From Amoebidium appalachense (lineage: Eukaryota > Protista > Ichthyosporea), in assembly GCA_963693365.1 (NCBI GenBank), contig CAVNZM010000014.1, forward strand, positions 5,146,001-5,210,000: a stretch of DNA of 64,000 nt, read 5' to 3'. The first letter of the stretch is position 1. Every line of letters starts with the position of its first letter. The position numbers and the translations under genes are program-made. Under the pieces are notes generated by a model that was not told the origin of the DNA, made no database searches, and was given only the letters and a program-made list of their open reading frames with translations. Of the stretch, positions 1 through 20,530 are shown in pieces.

Positions 1-385
1 AGATACCTGAACACTGTGTGAAAATCATAAAGATACTCAATGTGACGACCAACAGAATCCAAGAAAAAGTCTAAAGTGTTCACATTGCCAGCCAGTGTAG
101 CAGACACCCGTAGGGAAAGAGGCAAAACGCGACATCAGAACTCACACCTATCAACATGCTTTTGATTAATATGTGTAGTCTTATTCACAGTAGTCTCGGG
201 ATTTGACTCAGCAGCCTGGCAGACAATCCGATAATCGGAAATTCTCTGTATACATAGGGCTGGCCCCACAAATGTGAGTATTGGGGGATCAAGTTCATGA
301 AAACTGTGCAACGACTCGCAAAAACATAGCCTCTATCAGCCTACATCAACATCGAGTAGGGAAAGAGAAAAAAAGATACTTACAA

Positions 386-582
386 ATGGTCTCCATGTTT
401 ACCATTGAACATTCCCCTGAAGGCAACATATTCCGTTTAGGGAACATTAGCACCGCAAATTTTATGGTTTACACACAGAGGGGCGCTGCAGTGACAAACG
501 ACAACATGGATTCGACGGGTGTTTCGGGGGGTGTTTGCTTGAGTCTGTCGAATGGGTAAGGCTCCCTCTCTCATCTCTGTCC

Positions 583-625
<43 letters not shown>

Positions 626-975
626 TCCTCCCTCCCCTCACTCCTCCCCGCTTCACTCATCTCCGCACCTTGCTTCGCCATGTCTGTGGGCTTGTGTGCT
701 TGTGCACGAGCATATTACCGCGTGATGCGTGCGTTTTTGCGCATTGCGATTGGTTTGTGCGTGTGTGTTGGCAAGCACGCGTGCATGCGGGCCATCTTTG
801 TGGTTTCTTTCTCTTTCTCTCTCTCCATCTCTCTCTTTCCTCCCTCCCGCCCCCCTCCCCCCCCCCTCCTTCCCCCTCCCCCATCTCTTCCCCCTCCTCC
901 CTCACCTTTCTCTTTCTTACCTCCCCTCCCATTCCGCCCCCATTTCTCTTCCCCCCACCCCTCCCCCGACCCCAG

Positions 976-1008
<33 letters not shown>

Positions 1009-1399
1009 TCCCTCCCCCCTCTCTTTTCCCCTCCCCTTCCCCGTTTCCCTCCCTCCCTCCCTCCCTCCCTCCCTCCCTCCCCCTCTCTCCCCCCCCCCCC
1101 CCTCCCCCCTCCTCTCCCCCTCTCTCCCTTGCTCTTCCTCTCTCCCTCTCCCATTCTCCCTCTCCCTCTCTTTCTCTCCCTGTCCCTCTTCCTCTACCTC
1201 CCTCTCTTCCTCTCCCTCTCCCTCTCCCTCCTCTCCCTCTCTCTTTCACTCCCTCTCCCTCACTCCCTCTCTCTCTCTCTCTCTCTCTCTCCCTCCTCTC
1301 TCTCCCTCTCTCTCTCTCTCCCTCCTTCCTCCCTCCCTCCCTCACTTCCTCCCTCCCTCCCTCCCTCTCTTCTTCCCTCCTTCCCCCCCCCCCCCCCCC

Positions 1400-1400
<1 letters not shown>
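386..1400 (+). pseudogene. Diverged duplicate of QTRT2 exon 1 (386-555) plus most of intron 1; orphan 5' fragment or alternative first exon
   Basis: MVSMFTIEHSPEGNIFRLGNISTANFMVYTQRGAAVTNDNMDSTGVSGGVCLSLSN aligns to QTRT2 exon 1 (9220-9416) with in-frame deletions of 21 and 6 nt. Donor GTAAGGCTCCCTCTCTCATC is retained at 556, and intron homology continues (650-800 vs 9490-9660). No exon 2 copy follows. Right boundary approximate. Confidence 0.85.
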
Positions 1401-1450
<50 letters not shown>

Positions 1451-1455
<5 letters not shown>

Positions 1456-1696
1456 CCGCAAAAAGCGGAACTATTCTGCAAAAAGCAGAATTATTCTGCT
1501 TTTAGCAGAGTTATTATCATTCTGCTTTCGACAGCAGAATAATTCCGCTTATAGCAGAATAATTTTGCTTTGGCATATTGATTCTGCTTTTAGCAGATTG
1601 ATTCTGCTGTTCGCAGATTTATTCTGCTTTTCCGGAGTGATCCTGGTTTTAGCAGAATGATTCTGCTTTTTGCAGAATAATTCTGCTCGGAGCAAG
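1451..1696. repeat. Tandem array of ~12 x ~20-bp palindromic units, consensus T(T/A/G)ATTCTGC-N5-GCAGAA
   Basis: Units read directly: ttattccgcaaaaagcggaa, ctattctgcaaaaagcagaa, ttattctgcttttagcagag ... tgattctgctttttgcagaa. Confidence 0.9.
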
Positions 1697-1781
1697 TTGA
1701 CATCGGCCGATGTGGTAGGCCCCCCCTCCTCCTCCCTCCCTCCCTCCCCCCCCCCCCCCCCCCCCTCCCCCCCCCCCCCCC

Positions 1782-1829
<48 letters not shown>

Positions 1830-2676
1830 AAAAAAAGGGGGGGGGGGGGGGGGGGAGGGGGATCTGGTGATGTTCTTATCGCGTGCTATGATATTGAAGG
1901 TAACGCACGAATATGTCTGTAAGCAGGTGCTACAGGTCCTCCTGTGGTTATGAATTTCATTTGAATTGTGTGCATGTATACATGCATGAAACGTGTTCTA
2001 CATAGTCGGGCATGAAATTTGCACGGTGCTTACCACAATGTTTCGCACAATTTGTCAATCTACTGATATACATGTATGTATGTGATGCCGGTCTTCGTAT
2101 AACCCTAGTCACAAGAAGTTGTGCATTTCCCTGACTAGTGTTGATTGCAGCCCTTATATAAAACGTGTACCGATGATATGTATCATGATGTGTTATGAAC
2201 CGTTCTACGTGATACTTTTTTCTTTTTTGTGTGTATAGCAATCCCTAGTATGCTGTGCATACTATTTGTGGCACCTGTAAACACATTCAATCAGAAAAAG
2301 AAAAGAGTGAAATGAGCTTCGAGGAGCGTCTTTATTAAATTTGAACCCCTGCAGTAGCGGCTATTGTCTCCCGGCCGGACCCATGACAAACAGGGTTACA
2401 TCAAACCTTGCTGAGTAGCCCCACTAGCTATCTGCTAGAGCCATCATATTTGCACGATCACTTGTGATATGGTGTTTTCTTGAAATGTACTTTGCACAGA
2501 TCTAGAAACATCATAACGCATTTGGTTCAGCGTCAGCGGTAACGGTAATTACACCAAAATCCCGTACGTTTTAAATAGTACGTTTAAAAATGGAGATTCG
2601 TATTAAAAAGAAACTTTTACTCAATTGAGCTATAAAATCTGTGCCAAACGTAGATGCAGTACTTATGTTAACTGTA

Positions 2677-3813
2677 TTACTCTTTCCGTGGGCGAAAGTT
2701 AGAGGTCACATCTGGTGACGGAACAAAAGTATATATGTTGTAAGAGACTTCCTTAGCATCGGCGCTGAAATCGAGCGCCCCCATATTGATGTATTGCCAC
2801 ACAAAGCTGTTATAGCTGCGAAGGCAGACACCCATGTTCTTGGTGTCGTATAGAACGCTGAAAAGGGAGGAATCACCCTCATACTTAAACGAAATCTTCC
2901 CGCCTTTCATCGTCGGGGGGGCTATCGCTGTTCCGTTGATCTGGTCGCCGATATTCATCATATGCGCCATAAGGTTAATCCCTTTCTCCGCTGTAGGAAT
3001 GAGGCTTTTGTCTTGTGCAAAATGTAAGAACACTGCCAAGTGAACGAAACGGCCCCCACCCTGAACGTTTCCGGGAAGACCCACCATAGAAGCCCAGTTT
3101 CCGTGGCTGGACCAAACGTAGCCCACCGTAATTTACGGGTTCGGGGTTTGTAGGAAGATTGGTGGGTGCATACGTGCCAAGGTTTGTCATCTGCCAGTCG
3201 TAGGGCGGAGAGTTGGTAATAACACCGACGAAGTTCTTGTAGATTTCCAGCTTTCCCCCGTTTGTGTACTCGATGACTATCCCCTTGCCCTTTCGGTCCG
3301 TCACAGCGTAATGAAGAGGAACCATACCCAGACTCGGAACAGTGATCCCCTCAACCACTACTTTAGGGAGAGTGGAGTTAACTTCTGCCACAGTAGCGTG
3401 CATGCCGAGAATCCAGTCGCAGAGGTACACTTGTGCCAGCGTGATATTTTCCTGCTCAGGAGTCCCCTTTTGATACGACGCGCAGTTGGGGAAGTAGAGG
3501 GCAGAACACTGAAGACCTGCCATGTTCAATCCTCGACACATGCATCCATGTCGAGAAACTCTGCGCCCATGTAGCCGTATTTCACTTTCCATTTTGCAGC
3601 CGGGGTTCCGTCTGCACGGGGGGATTGGAAAATCTTGTCCTTTGGGTGGGTGCGAAATCTGAACGGAAACTTAGACTCGGGGAGGGCAAAGTGCATGTCT
3701 CTCCGGACGACTGCCGTTCCGTCTCCAGCGACTGCTTTGACGTAGTTGCAGGCGAGGGACTGGTGTGTAATCGCAAGGGAAAAGGCGAGCTGGAGCAGCA
3801 GAGTTGGCTTCAT
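2677..3813 (-). pseudogene. Intronless choloylglycine hydrolase / penicillin V acylase-family Ntn (linear amide C-N) hydrolase with signal peptide; two 1-bp frameshifts (pseudogene or sequencing indels)
   Basis: ORFs 3813-3526, 3592-2975 and 3126-2677 join into ~378 aa. Hydrophobic leader ...QSLA precedes Cys1 (CNYV..DGTAVVRRDMHF). Family motifs EGLNxAGL, ALYF, PLHYAVTD, IVIEY, VITNSPPYDWQMTNL, GLPGN...RF and LYDTKN are present. Frameshifts fall in short G runs at ~3531 (-1) and ~3123 (+1). Confidence 0.85.
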
Positions 3814-4172
3814 TTTGCCTGTATATGATAAGGATTTGAAGCGCTATAATAAATTTGAAGCGCCAGAACAAAGCGTCTTCCTGATGGTTGTTCTGTGTGA
3901 AAAGCAGAGAATGAACCGTTTCTATAGTCCAGAGGCGGCTCACAGCTGCTGCAGGGCGACAAATAGGCCTAAGTCAATAAAACCTAAAACAACCGTCTCC
4001 ACTATTCTCACATAGGCGGCACCACCAGTTTTACGCACACATCGATTCAGTCGCACACATCGATTCAAATGTCGCTCTTTATTATCTGCTAATAAATAGT
4101 ATCCTTCGCGCATCCACCCCTAAACCAGGCCATCCGTGGCCCTAAGGGCCGGGGAACACCCCCATCCATGTC

Positions 4173-5357
4173 ATGGCACATGCCTATAATCGTTTCAGAA
4201 CCTCTTTCAAAGTTCCATCTACACCCATCACACATGTGCGACCATTAAAACGTCCAGCAGATACACCTACCACAGATGCACAACCAGAAAAACATCGCCT
4301 TAGACTAAGCGCAACACCTATTTACAATACACTACCCATTCAGAATAACACCACACCACTCCGTAGAAACACAATAACAACCATGCCGAAACTTTCGGTT
4401 GATACAGTACTGGCAGAACTTGCCCTCGTTAAGAAACAGCTAAATGAGCTGTTACCACTCAAGAACATGATAGAAAAACTCCAAACAGAAAATACCCAAC
4501 TCAAGCTCACCATTGATTCACTCACAGCCCAGCTAAACATTAGTGGATCGCAAAACCCCAAAACTCATGAGCAAACATCTCGCGACGGAGACATTTCCAC
4601 CCCAACACAAAACAACACAGGACCGGAAGCACAGCTCCCGGCAGAGTTCCTAGAATATGCGAACTCTCGTAAAACACCCGAGCTCCGCCAAATTGCCAAG
4701 GAAACATATGCCAGCATTCTTGCAGGCAACGAGTACCGCCGCAACTCCCCTCCCAAACCGCCGGCTAAGGGGAACACCCAAGCAAACGGTAACATCAACA
4801 TCCCACCCAAATACGAGAGGGTGTATTTCAAAGTCAAGCACGGCAGACGCCCACACAGGGCCATGTGGTCCATCTTCAAGGCTCTCGGCTTCCGGTGCTC
4901 TCGCATCCTTTGTCTGTCCTTCATTGGATACGATGTGCTGGAAGTAGCAGTACGGGGCGACTATAACCGTGCGTTCATCCGTGACGCGACAAAGGGGTGT
5001 GGAAGCTTCTTCACCCACCTCCCAAGCTACGACCCATGCGCGCCGGAAAACATTCAGAAAGCAGACAAAGAACGTAAAGTGTCTGCTAAGAATGCGTGCG
5101 CCACACGTTGTCGTGTACGCATCAGCAAGGCAAAAGAGTTCCTCGCAAAGTTGGAAAACGATGCTACGAGCGTGATAGACACGGACACGAAGGAACCAAT
5201 GTTTTCTGGTGAGAAACTGCTCGAGCGCAAACGCCGATGCGAGATGGAAATCGAGCTCTTCTGCGAACTGTTCGCGCTGGCGGAAGGTCGTGCATACGAC
5301 CCCGTAAGCGACAAGTGGGAACCAACCCCACAGGTGTCGGACCAAACCGATGCCTAA
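4173..5357 (+). CDS. LINE ORF1 protein (394 aa; coiled-coil, probable nucleic-acid chaperone)
   Basis: Lies immediately upstream of and overlaps ORF2. Heptad-like segment LAELALVKKQLNELLPLKNMIEKLQTENTQLKLTIDSLTAQL and a TYASIL motif. Function inferred from position. Confidence 0.8.
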   Translation: MAHAYNRFRTSFKVPSTPITHVRPLKRPADTPTTDAQPEKHRLRLSATPIYNTLPIQNNTTPLRRNTITTMPKLSVDTVLAELALVKKQLNELLPLKNMIEKLQTENTQLKLTIDSLTAQLNISGSQNPKTHEQTSRDGDISTPTQNNTGPEAQLPAEFLEYANSRKTPELRQIAKETYASILAGNEYRRNSPPKPPAKGNTQANGNINIPPKYERVYFKVKHGRRPHRAMWSIFKALGFRCSRILCLSFIGYDVLEVAVRGDYNRAFIRDATKGCGSFFTHLPSYDPCAPENIQKADKERKVSAKNACATRCRVRISKAKEFLAKLENDATSVIDTDTKEPMFSGEKLLERKRRCEMEIELFCELFALAEGRAYDPVSDKWEPTPQVSDQTDA

Positions 5358-8300
5358 TTTATCCTTCTTCTTCTGGAATGCTCGGACACTGGGCCCCCAA
5401 AAGGGCCTCCCCCCCGGGACACTCGACGATAAAATCAGCTACATACAACAACAGACAAACAACCACACGTTTACAGTGATTTGCGAAACACAGTTTAAAA
5501 ACCACCACAAATTCAACTCTACATTGGTCGACACATCCACACACCCCGGTTACGCGAAAAACCGAGGCATTATTGTACTTGCCGCACCACACGTGAGAGT
5601 GAAGTGCAAACCGGTAGCAAAAACGGAATTCTCGGTTTCTATAGAGTTTCTTTCTAATGTTTTTACTTTTGTATATTACCCACCATCTATGTCGGTTGTC
5701 GAATTGACTCACGAGTTGTCACAGTTACCAATGTCCACTGTTATTTTAGGTGATTTTAACACGCGACTCCACCACACAGACACACTGCAAGTGAGTGTCG
5801 GGTACCCATCTAAGCCCCCGGAGCGTGCTATCCCTTTAGCAAGGTATGTCCAAAGTCACACTTTGCGGTTCCCTCAAATATCCCATGCCCACAACACCGA
5901 CTGGGGAGTGGCCTTTTGGCCATCAACCATGTCAAAACTCTCTCTCCCTCCTAACCTCTCTAGGTCATCTGACCACTCTCCTATCCTTTTCCTACCTAAG
6001 ATCTCCCTTGATCTGCTCCCCCCTCCCCCTCCCACCTTTCGCCTCCGTCTATCCCAGCTTAAGTCACAGTGGGGTAGAGTTGATGTATGTGTATGCTATG
6101 CTACGAAACACCCTATATATATGCGCCTATTAGAATCTGCACAAGCCAGGCCAGATTCACATCTCGTACTAGATACATGCACTAACTTTATTGTTGATGA
6201 TTTGATAGATCTCGGTGATTATGCTGGCGGTGGTAGGAAGGAATATCCCGATGCTCTCTTGTTACCAAACACCACTCCCGCTAGACTAGGTGAACCCCTG
6301 TCTCAAAAGGAAAGCTTGCGCCGGCTTGCTAGTATGAATCGATTTGGCCCCCCTGCTCGTATTATTGGTGATACCACTGGAGACCCCCTCATAGACTCTG
6401 ATAAGTATTTCTCGGAACTGTTTAAAGATAGGACCCCCGCTCAGAAACCTATTGTGTGGCCTGTAGACCCATCTATCCCCATAGAATCGATCCTCCCCTT
6501 TTTCAGTCCCGATGCCATATGGTCTGTGATATCTAGTTATAGCTCTAGTAAGTCTTGTGGACCTGATGGACTCCCTGCTGGGTTTCTTAAAATCCTTGTT
6601 CCCTCCTACCCACAAAAGGAAAGTGATCGTGCTATTAAACCTGATCTTACTATCATGTTAAGCTCTCTCTTTTCTTGGTGTGTTAAATGTGGACATGTCC
6701 CGTCATCTTGGTTAGATACCTTAGTGATCCCCATAGTTAAGAAGGACTCTGAGGGCCCCATATCATCCTTTCGCCCCATTACACTAACCCAGGTTGTTCG
6801 TAGATTCTTTGAAGCTTGCTTACTTAGGTTATTTGCACATCACCCTAGGTTTCAATCTATTCTTCACATACACCCATGCCAATCCGCTTTTCGTAAAAAC
6901 AATTCATGTTATGTTCAAATAATGGCACTGCACGATTCTATGCAAGTTGGTGCACAATATGTTGGCTTTATTGATTGGAAAACTGCTTACGATTCTGTCT
7001 CCCCTGGTCTCCTATGGGAAAAGCTTGCTGCACGGGGTGTACCACACTGCATTGGTGTTCTGTTAGAAGCACTCTTGTCTCAAACCTATGGTAGAGCTGT
7101 GGTTAATGGGCATCTTTCATATGGTTTTGCTCGTACTAGAGGTCTCTTGCAGGGTTCATTGCTTAGCCCCTTTTTGTTTAACCTATTTATAGATGATTTG
7201 GCTGTCAAGATTTACGCCGAAAACGATGACCCTATTAATAACTTTCCGCCTGCACTTCTCTATGCTGATGATCTGTCCCTCCTTGCCCGTACCCCTAGAC
7301 GCCTGCAAAGATTGTTCGATGTAGTGTCAGAGTGGTGCAAGGCAAACCTTATGATCCTTAACATAGACAAATGTGGTGTTCTTGTACCTGATATAGCTAA
7401 CAATTTACACACATTTACATTATCATCTAAACCTGTACCTATAGTTCCAGAATACAAATATCTTGGTGTTCCGGTTGATTCTGTTGGTGTTATGTTTCCC
7501 CATATGGTCGAAAAGAGGGTAGAGTTGGCTCGTAAGCGGTTAGCTTTCTTCTCGGCTAATATTTTTAAAGACACACCCCTCCATCCTTCTATTAGACTTA
7601 CATTTATTCGCACTTTTGTCTTCCCGGCATGTGAATATGGTTTACCCCTTCTCGCCGCTTGGATCAAGAAAGAGAGAACTAGAGCGCTTAAACCCTTGGC
7701 AAATTTCCTTGAAGCAGAAGTTGCCTCCTTTCTATCTAACAACTGTTGTAAACCTGGGCCTGTAACGCTCTCGATATATGGTCTGGTCCCAATAGCTGCT
7801 AGAGTATCCTATCTCGCGCTGAAATTCAATAAGCACATAAGCCGCTTAAAGAAGTATTTGCCCTCCCACCCTCTCTTCTCTATCCGACCTGTCCCCTCCT
7901 CACCTCTCCCCTCTTTCCTCCCCTCTCTCTCCCCTTCTCCCCTGGGCACAAATACAAATAAACCCCGCAATAGTGTGTGTGTGACTTTGGACTGCCACTT
8001 ACTTATTAAACATGTACACAATCACAAGATAATCACGCAATATAACAAATGGAAAAAGATACCACACGACACTAGACCCGATGAAAGCATACACCTTGAA
8101 AAACTAAGCCTTATGTCTCGTTTTATATATACTGACCGCCTCAACCATATTGCCAAATATGGCACTCGCAAGTGTATAACACCTAAATACATATTACCTT
8201 CCTGTAGAACTGGTCTTTCTCTAGCTGATGGTATTATTGATCAATTACCACGCTTTTACTGTACACGTGCTATACAGTGGAGATCTAATAAGTATAAGGT

Positions 8301-8544
8301 GGCATCATTTGCATGCCCAAACAACACACACACACACCAGTTTAACCGGTCATGTATCGCCAAATGTAGTTTGATAGACCACATAATACCGCAACACACA
8401 CACGTCACATTCACAACAGACACCCAGAAAGATAGCCTACCTGTAAATTACAACATCCTTGATTTTATACTAAACACGCGTAACTACGACCTGTTTATTA
8501 GATGTATTGATTGGCTTGAGAAACACATCACTACAAAATTATAG
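5350..8544 (+). CDS. LINE ORF2: apurinic-like endonuclease + reverse transcriptase + C-terminal Cys/His region (1064 aa)
   Basis: EN motifs WNAR, ICET, YYPP, LGDFN, SDH. RT motifs GPDGLP, FRPITL, QSAFR, FIDWKTAYDSV, GLLQGSLLSPFLFNLFIDDL, LYADDL, YKYLGV. Confidence 0.97.
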   Translation: MPNLSFFFWNARTLGPQKGLPPGTLDDKISYIQQQTNNHTFTVICETQFKNHHKFNSTLVDTSTHPGYAKNRGIIVLAAPHVRVKCKPVAKTEFSVSIEFLSNVFTFVYYPPSMSVVELTHELSQLPMSTVILGDFNTRLHHTDTLQVSVGYPSKPPERAIPLARYVQSHTLRFPQISHAHNTDWGVAFWPSTMSKLSLPPNLSRSSDHSPILFLPKISLDLLPPPPPTFRLRLSQLKSQWGRVDVCVCYATKHPIYMRLLESAQARPDSHLVLDTCTNFIVDDLIDLGDYAGGGRKEYPDALLLPNTTPARLGEPLSQKESLRRLASMNRFGPPARIIGDTTGDPLIDSDKYFSELFKDRTPAQKPIVWPVDPSIPIESILPFFSPDAIWSVISSYSSSKSCGPDGLPAGFLKILVPSYPQKESDRAIKPDLTIMLSSLFSWCVKCGHVPSSWLDTLVIPIVKKDSEGPISSFRPITLTQVVRRFFEACLLRLFAHHPRFQSILHIHPCQSAFRKNNSCYVQIMALHDSMQVGAQYVGFIDWKTAYDSVSPGLLWEKLAARGVPHCIGVLLEALLSQTYGRAVVNGHLSYGFARTRGLLQGSLLSPFLFNLFIDDLAVKIYAENDDPINNFPPALLYADDLSLLARTPRRLQRLFDVVSEWCKANLMILNIDKCGVLVPDIANNLHTFTLSSKPVPIVPEYKYLGVPVDSVGVMFPHMVEKRVELARKRLAFFSANIFKDTPLHPSIRLTFIRTFVFPACEYGLPLLAAWIKKERTRALKPLANFLEAEVASFLSNNCCKPGPVTLSIYGLVPIAARVSYLALKFNKHISRLKKYLPSHPLFSIRPVPSSPLPSFLPSLSPSPLGTNTNKPRNSVCVTLDCHLLIKHVHNHKIITQYNKWKKIPHDTRPDESIHLEKLSLMSRFIYTDRLNHIAKYGTRKCITPKYILPSCRTGLSLADGIIDQLPRFYCTRAIQWRSNKYKVASFACPNNTHTHQFNRSCIAKCSLIDHIIPQHTHVTFTTDTQKDSLPVNYNILDFILNTRNYDLFIRCIDWLEKHITTKL

Positions 8545-8548
8545 CGCA

Positions 8549-8619
<71 letters not shown>

Positions 8620-8651
8620 CCAGCTGATACCGAGTGTCCCGAGGGGAGCCC

Positions 8652-8708
<57 letters not shown>

Positions 8709-8959
8709 GGGGAACCCCAACTAATTGATTTCTCCTTGTAGTCTTTATGGTGTCTCGCAGAGAAAGTAAACCCTGATATATAGTCACCACCCGACATCTA
8801 TGTACGTGATCATGATATACCGCTGAGGGGATATTCCGAGCAAACCCCCCCCCCCCATACCTGAGACTGGTTCTCTTTGCCTCGAGTAAACAGCGTAAAC
8901 CCCCCAGCCTTACTTACACTGACTGAGAAAGACTCTGTGGCGAAAATCGAGCCCCTTTT

Positions 8960-9060
8960 CAACCAATCGAATCCTACTCATGAGAACTTGCCTAACCAAA
9001 TATGGTAAAAATCTAGCCGATCATCATCAGGGTCACGAAACCCACTCTCTGAGCCAATCA
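8960..9060 (+). promoter_or_regulatory. Putative QTRT2 proximal promoter: CCAAT boxes (8963, 9054) flanking a CArG box CCAAATATGG (8996-9005)
   Basis: Motif matches 160-260 nt upstream of the QTRT2 ATG. Function is inference only. Confidence 0.35.
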
Positions 9061-9219
9061 CAATGCAGTCTCACACATTCCAGTGGCACAAACCCCCGTG
9101 AACAAACATCATTAGTGCTCACGTCGGCCTGCCAGGCAGAATGCGAAAGAATTCGAAGTTCAGAGAACACACAAGAAACATAATACATTTTGAAGGGAGA
9201 AGCGAAGGAGAAAACGACA

Positions 9220-19369
<10,150 letters not shown>

Positions 19370-19478
19370 CAGCCCACCTTTCAGACGGTTGACCAATCAT
19401 GGCACAAACGAATGTCAATTTTTGTATAGAATTTGTCACGTATGTGTGACTTTTGTTCCTTTGCGCTTAATCCCCAAC

Positions 19479-19683
<205 letters not shown>

Positions 19684-20447
19684 GCACACACACATGCACA
19701 CGCGCACCCACACACACACCTGCGCGCTCGCGTGCAAGCACACAAACAACACCAACATCAACACCAACACCAACACGACTGCCACTATTTTGTAATAGCA
19801 AGCAAAACTAATGAAAAAGTCTTCGTTTTCACAAAGCTTCTCTTTTCATCTTTCCACACGCTGTTATGTAATTGAAATTGAAAATGGTAGTGGTTTCCTG
19901 TTTATCTTAGTAGGTGGAACACAAAACACCGGCCCAAAAGGCCCCAAGTTTACACGCTCTATACTGCAGCTAGGGTGCATGGAATGGTCGAGATATGATC
20001 AAGATATGACACACCTGTTGATGAATGAAAAAGAGAACTGTGCATAACACGGGTCCCCTGAAATTTCAAGTATATCCAAACAACAAATAAAAATCTGTGG
20101 CCAGCTTTGATGGTTGTTAAGGAATCGGGTCCGTCAGTGTAGGTACCACAGCTCTTGGGTTTTCTGGCAACTTGCAAAAAATTGGGACTTGGGGGGCGTC
20201 ATTCCGGGGGAGAGAGCTGAGGGAGGGAGGGGGGGGGGGGGGGGGGGGGGGGGGATGCACGTGCATGCCCAAGTGATTATCATGGGTGGGATAGGGAAAT
20301 AGAGTTTTCAGGCAACACATCTGAAAAGCAATTGAAATGCTACTGATGGGCCGGGACGGTCAAAGATATATATGTATATGTATATGTATGTATGTACAAG
20401 GGCAGCTCTGGTCGAGATCTATTGGGAGGCACGAGGTGGTGGTGGTG

Positions 20448-20530
<83 letters not shown>

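Larger units (their letters stand above)
4158..8707 (+). mobile_element. Apparently intact non-LTR retrotransposon (LINE, APE-RT type)
   Basis: Two open ORFs overlapping by 8 nt (ATGCCTAA). The 3' UTR has (CA)n, an AGGG-GAGC-CCCT hairpin and a ~52-nt poly(A) at 8656-8707. Identical 8-mer CGGGGAAC at 4150-4157 and 8708-8715 is a candidate target-site duplication. Confidence 0.92.

Noticed and set aside
1-75. Short peptide IPEHCVKIIKIL resembling an RT segment
   Set aside because: Too short, ends in a stop, and has no further RT motifs.
535-1660. Long Pro/Leu/Ser-rich ORFs (335 and 326 aa) and the many poly-Pro, poly-Gly, (HT)n and (CV)n ORFs across the window
   Set aside because: They are translations of stop-free homopolymers and microsatellites inside introns, with no domain signal.
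1451-1696. CRISPR-like appearance of the palindromic repeats (also 24186-24760 and 33931-34345)
   Set aside because: Units are directly tandem with no unique spacers, there are no cas genes, and the context is eukaryotic.
4034-4068. Direct repeat CGCACACATCGATTCA x2 near the LINE 5' end
   Set aside because: Not repeated at the 3' end, so not the TSD; a small local duplication.
4110-4180. Possible HDV-like ribozyme at the LINE 5' end or hammerhead in the 3' UTR
   Set aside because: GC-rich hairpins exist, but I could not build the nested pseudoknot or find an intact CUGANGA/GAAA core. A covariance-model search would be needed.
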